From Geosiphon pyriformis uo1 (Eukaryota > Fungi > Glomeromycota): DNA of 53,093 bases. The notes beneath the pieces were generated by a model. The model ran no database searches. It saw only the letters and a program-made list of their open reading frames with translations, and was not told the origin of the DNA. Made by a program: the position numbers and the translations under genes. How positions within the stretch are numbered: the stretch's first letter is position 1; each line of letters begins with the position of its first letter. This document shows, one piece after another, positions 25,944 through 38,400 of this stretch. Location: contig JAAOMT010000386.1 of assembly GCA_016748015.1 (NCBI GenBank), positions 78,380 through 131,472 of the forward strand. The letters run 5' to 3'.

Positions 25944-28550
25944 ATGGTCACTACATCTAGGCAACTTACAAGATGCAGTCACATGTGCCAGAGATTTTAA
26001 ATCAGCTAAATTAGAAGCTAACTATGCCTAAGCCATAAATCTAGTAATGAATAGATCATCTGACTTGGATTCCAAATTGAAGCAATTCAGTAATTCAATT
26101 AATCAGAAATTAGAAAGATACTTAGCTGACAATTGTACAATTTATTAACCATTACAACAATGCAATAATTCAGAAAATACAAATCATTTCCAAAATCAGT
26201 CACATTCATCATCATCATTCAATTAGCCATGGCAGCCAGAGATGCATGTCTGCTACCATTGTGGTAAACAAAATCATATTTGAGTTAACTGCCATTTTTA
26301 TAGTAACATACAATCGGAAAATCAATATCAAAATTCCAATTACAGTGTTCAAACTCCACATTATTACTCAAATCAAAATCAATATTAGCCTACTTACTTA
26401 CCAATGACACAGCAGCCAATATATCAACCATCTATATATCAACCTTCAGTTTATTAACTGCAACCACAAGTAGTATATCAACTACCACAGCCACAAATAA
26501 TTTATTAAACATCCGTAGTTCAAACACTACTATCAAACCCAGCTCAGATAACATCAGAAAATTTTAGATTGAAAGTTACTCAAAATTAGAGATTGGCAAT
26601 GATCATTTACCAACTAATCTCCAGCTCTTTTTATCAATCAACAAGATCATGTTTTCAGAATTCGGGAACTGGACACACCCAAAACTTGAATTTCCAACAC
26701 TATTTAAGTCTCCTAGTTAATCCAGAAGATACTCAATCCAATAATCTGAAAACCAACCAACAGCCAACACTTACCAACAACATTCTACCAGCTACCATCA
26801 CCAAAAACAAATCACTAAATGCCATCTTTTTGTTTGAACTCGAGAAACCATCAGCCATACTGTTATTTAGTGGAGCCACTCTTGAAGAAAAACCTATTAC
26901 TACCATGTACACTGATGCCAAAATTGATGGCTACTCCATCAAACTAATCCTAAACAGTAGATCAGCTGGTAGCATCATTACAAAACAACTTATGGACCAA
27001 TTAGATTACCAAGTTAATTGAGCTGCCAGCACATGAATCATTACTGCTGATAGAGTGACCAAAACTCTAATAGGTGAAATTGATGACTTCTCTATAGAAG
27101 TCAATAATATTATCATGCCAATCAAGATATTAGTCATAGAAGTGACTTAATACCAAGCACTCATTGGTAACAATTGGCTGTTCAAAACTAATATAATGCT
27201 TGATTAAAACATACCAACTCAGCCAGAATGGTCAACACACCCATGTACCAGCCATATGTGGCTATTTCAAGACCACCAATATGCTAGCACTATTCATTAA
27301 GTTCGAGAAAGAAAAAAAAAAACTTACTTAGAAAGCCTACCAAGTTTCTTGGGCCAATAAAGACCACAACAAGTTACTATTAATACTTTTTTGAGATGAC
27401 AGTGCAAAAAAAAAGAAAAAAGAAGAATCTATCTGGAATTCTGACCAAGCCTGAAGAACTGACAACAACCAGAAAGAGCTAATAAATTGAGAGTGGAAGG
27501 AAAATATAAAAGGAAAAGAAAAGGAGAAAAAAGAAGAACCAATATTAAATACTACTGCCACTTATATCCCATACACATATACTTTACCACAACTATCTAA
27601 CTATTGCCACCCAAAACTGGTATGCATTAATTGTGACAAGAAATTGTCATCAATGGATACATGTTGTGACAATGACGAGAAATACCAGACAGCAACTAAG
27701 TTCTATTGCTGCCTATGCCTTATTGACCACTTTGGAAGGCCAAAATAAGTTGGGAAATAAGATAATGAGTCATGCTTGGCTTGCCGAAAAACTTTCTTTG
27801 ACAAAGGAATATGGAACTACATTCCTAAAAGAGAAGGAATGTGCGACAAATTGTGTTAATACACAATTCTAATAAATGACTGGATAAGAAAAGGAACACC
27901 TATAAATGCTGTCTGGTGATGAGCAATCAAACATCTGGATGGCTGTCTACACAATGATGACAAAATATGGCAAATGATACTTGCCAAAATCAAAAGAGTG
28001 TTACCAGAAGAAATAAAAACATTAAAAATAATTCACCTGAACCCATAAAACTTAACTGAGACCCAAAACCAGTTATAAACCTCCTGGATCCAGAACAGTT
28101 CCACAAACACTACCAAGAATTAGCACCCACAAGGGAAAAGCAAGAGCAACACTTAAACCAGTTAAACATCCAACTGTGTTAACACTGCCTAATTCCATGT
28201 GACTTCCAATATTGTAATGAATGTGACCTCTTTTACAATCCATTACCATGCATAATCTACACAATCCCAAAGAAAAAAAAACCAATCAATAGCTGTGCAT
28301 TGGAATTAGAATCAATCTTCAATTCCAATTCAAACTCTGACAACAATGATGACAAAAACAACAGTTTCAGCTCTGTTTAATATGACAAAGAAAACAATAA
28401 TAATTTGAACTCTAATTTAAACCCCAAAACATATATTGCACTTTCTGACTTTTCCAAGAAACAGAAACTAAAATGGTTTAGCAACAATGATGAAGGTATC
28501 ATGAAAACGTGCACATAATACCAACACTGAGTTTAATCTAAGATATCTGG
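25944..28550 (+). mobile_element. Internal fragment of another family-A copy (copy D): gag C-terminus, knuckle, protease, Cys-rich domain, start of dUTPase
   Basis: LQDAVTCARDFKSAKLEAN, CYHCGKQNHI*VNC and IKLILNSRSAGSII, collinear with ~19190-21810. Bounded on both sides by LTR ends of other copies. Confidence 0.9.
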
Positions 28551-29429
28551 TGTTACAAGTAATTAATTGGGGTTTCAAGACAAATAACAAACTTATAACT
28601 TGGTGCTCAGTGACTAGTCTGATGAATGATGTTAGTAAGATTGGTACTTTGTTTTTATCTGAAGGTTTTGGTTGAGTCTTTTGTATAATGAACAGAGATT
28701 CAATAGTTGTTCAGTAGCTTCCTAGAATTACAATTCTGTCAAATTTTTTTCTTAGTGTGGTGACTAGTAATCCTCCTGGTAAGCTATCCTTAAATCTATA
28801 AGTGTTCTACTCTTGTTTTACAAGTCTTTTACTAGTTCTTATAATGTTTGTAACTCAGTGCTTTAATTCTTAATCAATTAGTCAACCAACAAGAAATACA
28901 AAAGAAATAAAGAAAATAAAAAAAGATAAAAAAATAAACAAAAGCAATAGCAAGTTAATATTTTGTCAATAGTTGTGATCAAGAGCTATTGTTCTAGTGT
29001 AATTAAGTATCAATTATTATCAACATGAAATGTTGATAGTAGAGAGTGAATTGAGATAGTGAATAATTATTTATTGATATTTAGGAATGGAAGATTGCTT
29101 AGATCAGATCTAAACTGAGAGGTCTTTAACTGAAGGATTCTGTCTTTTCTACTTCTAGTACTACTGCTATATATACATAATTAAAATTCTTCAATTCTTC
29201 AATTCCTTAATTCTTTACACCAGGAATTCTAGAATTCCTGGAATTCTGCAATTTTTCTTGAGAGAAATCTTTGAATTCTAGAATTCTGTGATTCCTTGTA
29301 CAAAAATCCTGAAATTCCTAAAATCCTGTGATTGCTTTTGAGAAAAATCCTGGAATTTTACATTTACTATAGCTACTTCTGATTGGCTAATTTATATGCT
29401 AATATACTTTTTATATTCTATAATTAATA
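28551..29429 (-). repeat. 3' LTR, family A (879 bp)
   Basis: Reverse-complement match to 16902-17781; terminus GTAACA; PPT at 29430-29445. Confidence 0.92.
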
Positions 29430-29443
29430 TTATTCTCTTTTTT

Positions 29444-30112
29444 TTAATATTGAGCTCCATTGAGATCTCCTAAATCTCCTAATTCTAACTCTCTATTATT
29501 GAGTATCTCTTGAACTTTTTTTTTGAGAATTACTTGGGTTATCTTGTTCTGTAATTTTTCAAATTGGGTGTTGGTTATTTTGCCCATTTGGTTAACTATA
29601 ATGGAGTCCAATTCTGGATTAAGTAAGATTTCTGGTCTGTCTTAGAATCTCATATGTAGCCTATAGATGGTTCTGGCTTGTGTAATCAAATTGTTTTTTC
29701 CCACAAATTGTTTCAGTTGTTGCAGTACTGTTGTGTTGAATAATTGTTTTGTTTTATCTGTGTATAAGTTCTGAATATTCAAGTATTGTTCCAAGTGGAA
29801 ATAACAAAAGTTTCTTGAAAATTTATGTATTCATTATTTCCAAGTTTCTTTGGTCAACTCTTAATATGTGGTAATACTTGTTAGTTCTTCTATTGCTAAT
29901 TTTATTTTCAGAATCATTTTATCAATAGTGGTTTCTGTTTTTCTTTAACTTCTGTATTTGGGTATCTTTTTGGTATCTCAGTATCAAATAGTTTGTTAAT
30001 TGATAATAATTTCTATCTTCTGTTGTTGAATCAGTTGGAAAAGTTGTTGTGATAATAAGTGGATGTTATTGGTGATTTCCATTTTTCTAAAGTCTTCTGT
30101 CACATCTACCAT
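29444..30112 (-). pseudogene. ORF3 of family A
   Basis: MVDVTEDFRKMEITNNIHLLSQQLFQLIQQQ...RNFCYFHLEQYL...ARTIYRLHMRF*DRPEILLNPELDSIIVNQMGKITNTQFEKLQNKITQVIL...NGAQY*. Confidence 0.72.
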
Positions 30113-30141
30113 GTCTTTATATCCTCTTTTCTTGTTTAATG

Positions 30142-31515
30142 TTACGTGTTTGGTCTAATGATTATGATTGATTCCAGATCTCATGGAATCTCATCTGGTT
30201 AGAGTAGTATTTTCTGTATTTCTAATTATAGAATATTACTGATAGATGATGATACTATATGGTAATATAGTTTTAGTTAATCCCTATATATTGCTTTGGC
30301 TAAGATTTTGTTGTTTCATCTTAATTTATAAGCTCTATTTCTAAGAATTTTTTCTATGTAAAATAGTTTGTCTCATTTGAAGTCAAAATTTTTACTTAAT
30401 TGTTTTTCTATTTTGGTATGATGTAAAAGTACTTTGTCTTCAATCTTGAATTTAACTGGTTTATCTGGTAGTTGGTTATTATGTCTTTCTTTTTGTTTCT
30501 CTTGTGACTTTTGGATGTTATCAGCTGCTTTTTGCCATGTGTTTTCTAATATTTCCATTAAGTCATATGTTTTTCTCAACAATGTTTTTTGGAAATTTTC
30601 TTTTGTTATTGGTTCTGTTGGATAGGTTTTGACTTCTATCTTAACTAGTAATGTTGCTGTTCTATTGTAAACTAATTTGAATGGTGTTGCTTGTGTAGTG
30701 TCTTGCTTCATTGTTCAATAAACAAATAATACTGATAGTATAATCAAATTCCATTTGTCCTGGTTTTCTTGGCTAATTTTGGCAATGGCTTCACACAATG
30801 TTTTGTTAAACTTTTCAACTAGTCTATTTGTTTGTGGATGATATGGTGATGATAATGGTCTTTTTATCCCAAATATTTAACTTAATTCTGCCAATGTTCT
30901 ATTTACAAAGTGAATTCTTTGATCTAATAATAGTTTTTTTGGACATTTGTGTTGACATATCAAGTCTTAATAAATGAATTCGGCAATGGATTCTGCATCT
31001 GCTCTTTGAATGGCTTTTGCTAATCATTTAATAAGATAGTTTATAGCTACTGCAATATATTTGTTGCCTCTACTGGTAATTATTAATGGTCTGACTAAGT
31101 TAATTCTGATATAATCAAATAATTGTCCCACTTTGATTGGTCTTAATGATTTACTAAGTCTTGTTCCTCCTCTTCTCTGACAAGCATCACAATTTTGAAC
31201 ATATTAGATGATGTCTGAATATATTGATGGCCAATAATATCTTTTTCTGGTTCTTTCCATGATTGCTTTTTTATGAAAATGTCTTGCTGTTGGATCTGAG
31301 TGCATGTTGAATAATATTGTCTTTTTCTCTGGTTTTGTGATTACTCTAGTTGGTTGATCTGAATTTTTTCTGTTTTTCCGATAAAATATATTTTAATAGT
31401 TGATAAAATATTTTGATTGTTGTTTTATGTTTCTTTGTTTCTTTTGAGATAATTTCTTCTTGAACAATTAAGTATTTATATAATATTTGAGTTGTTAGTA
31501 TTTTTGTATATTCAT
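30142..31515 (-). pseudogene. Integrase (separate ORF)
   Basis: ATG at 31515, 30 nt after the RNase H stop at 31546-31548; HHCC region and DDE core as in copy A. Confidence 0.88.
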
Positions 31516-31545
31516 CTTTTGTTATATTTTTGGGTTGAAATGTTT

Positions 31546-33108
31546 TTAGATTTGTTTCATTTGTGACAGACTGTCAGCATTTCCATTTTTTTTTCTTTTT
31601 TTGTAATGTACAGTATAATTAAATGGTGAAAGTTCTATTTTCTATCTGGCATGGCGGTTGTCTCCAAATTCCTGCTTCTGAATTAAAGTCAATTCTTTGT
31701 GATTAGTATATACATCAAACTTTTGATTCAAGTATTTTTTTCACTTGATGACAGCCTAATAGATAGCTAAATGTTCTAGTGCTAGAGTTCTATAATTCTT
31801 TTTAGCTGGACTTAAACTTCTATTTGCATAAGCTACTGAATGCTCTCTTCTGTCTGGTTTTCTCTGCAATAATACTGCTTCCAATGTCTGGCTTGATGTA
31901 TTGGTAATGATAATGAATGGTTTGTTGTAATCTGGATACATCAACATTGGAACTTGAATAAGCTTTCTTCTCAGTGTGTTAAATGCCTTTTGTTAAGCTT
32001 TTGTTTATTTATTTTTTACATTCTTAGTTTGTAAGTAATGAAGTGGCTAGGCCAGTTTAGAAAAGTTTTTGATAAAACAACAATAATATTCAGCAAATCC
32101 CAAAAATGCTTTCAGTTCTATTAAGTTGGTTAGTACTGGAAAGTTTTTTACTATTGCAATTTTATCTGGATCAATTTTAATGCCATCTTTGCTTATGACA
32201 TGTTCTGAAAATTTCAACTTTGTTTTGCTGAAAAAATACTTGTTCACATTTAATTTCAATCTTACTCTTCTCAATCTTTTAAATACTTGTTGGAAATGAT
32301 ACAGATGATTATCAAATATCTTTGAGAACACATTGGTGTCATCTAAGTAAATAACTACTGATTTTTACAGTAATCCAGTATAGACAATTTCCATGAGCCA
32401 TTGGAATGTTGTCAGAGTGTTCATCAAGCCAAATGGCATTACTTCAAATTTAAAATTTACTTTTTGAGTTGTAAAAGCTGTTTTCTTCTTGTCTTCTGGT
32501 TTCATGGCTATTTGCCAATAACCACTGTCTAAGTCTAATGTTGAAAACCATTTCTTTCCTCTAAAAGCATCAAACAGCTCTTGAATCTTTGGTGTTGGAT
32601 AACTATCTTCTTTAGTTACTCCATTCAACTTCTGGTAATCTACACAAAAATGGATTTTTCTATTCTTCTTTCAGACTAGTATTACTAATGATAACTATGG
32701 ACTTATTAATGACTGAATTAGCTTGTTGTCAAGCATTTGATTGATTTCTTAACGAATAATCTCATGGCTAGCTGGTAGTACTCTGTATGTTTTCTGTTTA
32801 ATTGGTATTGCATCTTCAGTCTTGATTTGATGTTTGATGATATTAGTTTTGCCAAATTCATTTTCACTGGTAAAGATGTTATTGAAATTGTTGAGTAATA
32901 TTTTGAGTTGCATACATTATAATAGATTTAAGTTTTCTATGTTTATTTGTTTTAATTGTTCTGATTGGAGCAAATAACATTTTTTTCATCCGTATATAAT
33001 TTGAGATATGATATTCACATATTTACACAGTTGTGCAAAGTCTGAAATGATGTCTGAGAATTGGTCTTTAATTTCTGTGGTTAAGTATTCAATAGTAGTT
33101 TTTTTGGG
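31546..33108 (-). pseudogene. RT-RNase H portion of pol
   Basis: ORF fragments 32365-32628, 32047-32331 and 31756-31947 carry gypsy RT and RNase H motifs. Confidence 0.92.
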
Positions 33109-33220
33109 TTAAGCATAGGGATAGGGATAGGGATAGGAATAAGGATAGGGATAAGGATAAGGATAAGGATAGGAATAGGGTTAGGGTTAAGGTTAGGGTT
33201 AGGGTTAGGGTTAGGGTTAA
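33106..33220 (+). repeat. Interstitial telomeric array: GGGTTA seed, 11 ATAGGG-type units, 6 TTAGGG-type units
   Basis: Read directly: ATAGGG/ATAAGG/ATAGGA at 33115-33180, then TTAGGG/TTAAGG at 33181-33216 plus TTAA. Confidence 0.95.
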
Positions 33221-34463
33221 AGTGCTACAGAAGCAAAGCTAGTGAACCCAAAATGACACTTACTATCAAGATGTCACACACTAAAAATTTAATCCATATC
33301 AAACTTATTATACAGACTACTATTCACAAAACATCTAGTGCATTTGGACTTCCAACCAACAAAACTTACAGCATCAAAAAGACACCTAACAAAATAACAA
33401 ACATTTTTAGAAACAAATATGTTTTTGATAATCGAAAAATGGCATAACATATTTACAGGCAGTGCAAAATTGGATTTAGTGGTAGTATCAGCCAGAAAAT
33501 CAGCATGCTTATTGTTAACAACTTCAGAATAACTCTTGATCTTGTTCTAACTAATTAACAAATTCTTAGATATATTCATTTGATAGATACACTCTTTTTC
33601 TAACCAACATTTTTTATGAAAATCAGAACCTGTATTACTCCCAAGCAAGGCACAATTCAAAAAAGCTTGACTATTCATATACAAAATTACCAAGCTAAAC
33701 ACTAGCACACAATCCAAAGTAAAAGTAATAGCCTGCAATTCCACTAAAGTTGAAGAAAGCAGACCATACACTCCAATTCTAACACCTTTGTCTATGTCTG
33801 AAAAGTATGCAGTAGCACTACTATAAGCATTTACAATATTGAAATCCTTGATTAAACCATCAGTATAAACAACAAAGTGGCCTAATCTGCACTTCAAAAA
33901 ACATCTACCAACAGAATTGATTTTGTCCAAACAGTGACTGAGAACAGAACTGAAAGCAAAAGCACAATTATAAACCAAGCCATTATTTTTAATGAAATTG
34001 ACAAGCAAATTGTACCAACTAGGAATGGGCCCCCTGGAATTCAGTTTCTTCTATCTGTAAAAGCTTTTTCAAGTAAAACACTTGCCATGATGGTTCAAAA
34101 GCTGGTTAGTGAAGACCAAATCAAATCTCTTGAGTGAGCCCATCACACTCAGATATTAATCCAAACTTAAAACATCAACAACAGCAACATTACCACCTGT
34201 GTGAAAAACATTAAGCAGAAAACCACTCAAAAAAAATTTGCATAAAGCCAAAGTGTTAATAACACCAGCTAGGAAGCAATTCAAGAAGTTGATTGACAAT
34301 GAGATCAAAAAATTGAGAAATTGTTGAGGCATCCAGCTAATGATCTGCAGATCCATGGCTCAATGCTTGAACAACTTGCCAAGAATGCTTTTTAAATTGC
34401 CAAAAATCACCAAATTTGTTTAAGAATTCTCAGCTTGCACTTATCTGAAAGTCTTAAGACCAT
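33221..34463 (-). pseudogene. LINE ORF2 3' part (RNase H)
   Basis: ORF 33547-34008 contains YTDG and ELQAI. Joins 44329 onward across the LTR insertion as PELY|GLKTF. Confidence 0.85.
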
Positions 34464-35435
34464 TGTTACCAGTAGAATTTTAGCTATTAATTAGCATGAA
34501 ATTACTCTTATAATTCTTATTATTAATTAGCATACATTATTATTAATTCGATTATCACTTATTATTTAATTAAATTATCAAATATTATTACTTAATCAAT
34601 ATTCCGATTTGTACTTTAGAAATTAAGATGATCGAATTACACAATACCCTGAACCTTTTAACATAGTCAAAATTCGCCGAAATTAATGAAAATTTGCCGA
34701 AATAATCAATAGTTCAGTGAAATAACTTGTAAATTTGCCAAAATGTATTTTTAGTTCACCCAAATTGTAACAAAGAGAAAAATGCAAGTTCAAAGACTAG
34801 TACTACAACAAGTTGTATAAAAGAAGAGCTTTTCTCTTCAAAAAAATGTATCTTTTTATAGTATCTTAACATAGTATCTCACTTTAGAATCTTAATTGAA
34901 ACAAATCACCTTTTATATATTCAAATAAAAATTAAATATTCAAAAAACAAATCCTTAAAATTATTACACTTGAAATATCCTTAACACAACTAACGTATTA
35001 AAATTAATTAGCTACCAATTTCAATAATCTTTTAGTGACTCCAGGTCTGGATAAAAAACATTTCCCTTGATAAAATCTTATTTCTTTTACATTTTTTTTA
35101 TTTTTCTTTTCTTTTCTTATCATAATCATTAAGGTAGTCTATAGACGAGATTCCTGTAGAAGAGTTGACTTTCACAGCAAAGTAACTACACATTTTTAGT
35201 GAGCTTCCAGATGAGCAATTTCTGGGAAAGAGTTAACGTTTACTACAATGTAACTACACAAAGCAACTGGCACAGAATTGGCCATTTCATTTATAAGCCC
35301 AGCAATTCAAATTATAAGAGATAATTTGAAGATAAATTCAGTTACTGAAGGTCTAACTACTTCTTGGAAACGTAAATTCATGGCAAATTGACACTTACAA
35401 CATTCAAGAAAAGAGACCAAAAACCTCTAGTAACA
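34464..35435 (+). repeat. 5' LTR, family B
   Basis: Direct repeat of 43376-44328; TATA-like GTATAAAAG at ~34815. Confidence 0.96.
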
Positions 35436-35437
35436 TT

Positions 35438-35453
35438 TGGTGCTCTCTCATGG
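35438..35453 (+). promoter_or_regulatory. Primer-binding site TGGTGCTCTCTCATGG
   Basis: TGG 2 nt downstream of the LTR terminal CA. tRNA identity not determined. Confidence 0.75.
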
Positions 35454-35480
35454 AAATAACATAGCAACAACAAATTCAAA

Positions 35481-38400
35481 ATGGCAACCACACCAAACAC
35501 AGCAACCCTAGAGTATTATCAGTCAATTTACACTAACTGCAAGCAAAGATTCAACATCCCAGACAGAATTGAAGTTGTCAAAAAATCAGTATACCAATAT
35601 ATTGAAAATCATATTAACAATTATCTTCTTGAAAATTACAACATTTCAGAAGTAAGAAACAATCTTTACAATAATTTAGTACACTATTTACAATTGGGAA
35701 CTGAAGATCTTAACAGTGATACACTTGTCACCTACTTCCAAAAACTTAATTTTAACATTATCAAGTATTGTAAAGAAACATACCCAGTACAGTTTCAATA
35801 CTCTCTTGACTTTGAATCAGAAACAAAAACAAGCAACAAAGGCAAACAGAAATTGAAACAATATTCAAGAACCACCCCAAACACTTCAATACTACAAAAA
35901 ACAACTGCCAAACACTTGCAAACACCTGAACAAGAAACCAGTGTCAAATTACCACTTTCTATTACACTATTTCTAATTTCACTTGTTCAACCATAAACAC
36001 CAAGTTCACCACTTAGCCATTTCTCCAAACCAGAAGATTTTTAGTCAATTAGGAATCTTAGTCAACAGCAGAAACCAATATCAACAAGTACCAATATTAT
36101 TAAGTACTTACAAGAAATTGAAAGTAATTTTTCAGAAAACTTGGAAAGTGAAAAAACTGAATCAGAACAAGAAGAAACCATAGAAAACAAAGAAAAAATG
36201 ACAACTGCTTATATTACAAAAATCCCAGAATTCACTGGTGAAAATAATAATACCAGTTCTTAAGAATGGCTTGACAAAGTTCAAAAAACAGGAGATGCAA
36301 ATGGTTGAAATGCAGCAAGAATGCTCAAAACAATCTCATACTTTCTCCAAGGAACTGCAAGAGAATGGTTTAAAAACTTGGAAGAACTATTTGAGAACTG
36401 GCAAGCATTCAAAGATGCTTTCTTACAACAATTCACTGACAACAACACCTCTATTACTCTCCATAATCACTTTTGCAATATCAAACAAGAAACATCTGAA
36501 ACTGTCATAACCTATCTTCGGAGATTCAACAAACTTCTTCAACGAATTTGACAATTGAAAACCAATGATTACTATTCTGATGTCCAGATTTTGGATCAAT
36601 TCATAGCTGGATTAAAAAACAAACTCATTAAGAAAGTTCGTCCACATGCCCCAGAAGACTTAGCAACTGCCATAAGACATGCAAAAAACTACAAAATAGC
36701 AATAAAAGAAGCAAACCACACCAAACTTGTAAATCTAGCTATTGGAGAAACCAGCTCAGCAACTGAAGAAAAGATAGACCAACTTGCAAAGAAAGTTGAA
36801 AGCTACTTTACAAACCAACAACAGCAGCAACAACCACAAAGATATCAACCACCACAATGACAAAACCAAAACAATTTTGGATCACCATCCAACAACCAAT
36901 CTCAAAATTGTTATTATTGTGAAATTCCAGAACACTGGAAACAAAATTGCAGGAAATTGCAAAGAGACCAACAAAACAGGAGTAATTAACATTACTCTTC
37001 ACCACAATAATCTTATTACCAACCTCCACCATCAACTTATTATTCACCAAGACCACAAAATCAAAACAGTTATTATCAACCAGTCCCACAACTAATTTAA
37101 CAACAATATTAACAACCTTTGCCAATTCAGCAAAATCAGACACCACCCACTCAACAATATTAAATACCAGTCAGAAAATTGGTTCAACATAACCAATTCA
37201 CACCCCAAAATCAATTTCAGAATAACAACAACAAAATCAACTCAAATAACCAGTTGATTCTCTGAAATTCTGGTCAGCAAAGATTCAACCACTATCACAC
37301 TTAACCCAGTTACCTTACAATGCCAAAAGAATCGAATTTTCAACAAACTGCACTTTCTGAAGGTAAAGTTGCAGCACCAAGATCAAATTCTTCCAACAAC
37401 ACCATTCTACCAGCCCAAAATGCCCAAAATGTCAATTTCTCAGATATATTCCCATTCGAATTTGAAGCAAATAAATCATCATTCTTGTTAAGTAATGCAA
37501 CAGCTAATAAACAGAAAGCTATCACTGCTATGTACACTGAAGCTACAGTAGAAGGAAAACCCATCTGATTAATTTTAGACAGTGAATCAGCAGGAAGTAT
37601 TATTACCTACCAGTTAATACAACAACTTCAAAAAACTGTTGACAGACCAGCCCAAACTGTAATCGTTACAGCAGATGGTATAAAAAAGACACCAGTAAGA
37701 GAAATTAACAATTTTCTATTCACTATTGATGGAATCACCATCCCAGTCAAAGTTTTAGTCATGAATACACCCCAATACCAAGCTCTAGTCAGAAATGATT
37801 GGCTTTTTAAGGCCAATGCAAACTTAGATTGGGAAACTCAGGAACTAAAAATCTCATATTAAGGACAATACATCATAGTACTTGCTACTTGTGGAACTTT
37901 CAACAAATGAACAGAAAAAGCTCCAGTATTTAAATTTGAAGAGGAGAAAGAAATGCCACTCACTGAAACTTATATGGCTCTTAGATCAACATTCAATTGG
38001 GCTGAAGAAACAGAATAGAAGATTTTTGAAGAATTAAAAGAATGGAAGAAAGTCAGATATTCTATACCAGAACCACAGAAACAACCACCCTACATTCCAC
38101 TCAAATGCAAAGATTGCAACAAAAAACTTTCATTAATGGGAGCATGTATTACTCCAAAAGAAGAATATAAAACTTGTATTTGCTACTTTTACAAAGCATA
38201 TCATAAAGAACGATTTGGATATCCCAAAAGAAATGAAAAATAGAACAACACACCTTGCCTTACATGTGGAGATGTGCTACCAGAAAAATACAACTGGATT
38301 GATGTTATAATGAAAGGAGGAGTATGTGACCAAACCTGCCAATATGCTTTATTAATTTCGGAAAAAGTCAGAAAAGGAACACTATTTGATGCAGTATACA

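Larger units (their letters stand above)
28551..33108 (-). mobile_element. Ty3/gypsy family A (copy C), 3' half only: RT, RNase H, integrase, ORF3, 3' LTR
   Basis: Minus-strand RT (YPTPKIQELFD..FSTLDLDSGYWQI..KTAFTT..MPFGL..YLDD at ~32337-32349), RNase H and integrase. Truncated upstream by telomeric repeats. Confidence 0.92.

Noticed and set aside
33106-33260. Telomere-targeting LINE (SART/TRAS/MoTeR-like) insertion
   Set aside because: The LINE meets the repeats in the middle of ORF2 with no 3' UTR or tail, and no telomeric repeats are seen at its 5' end.
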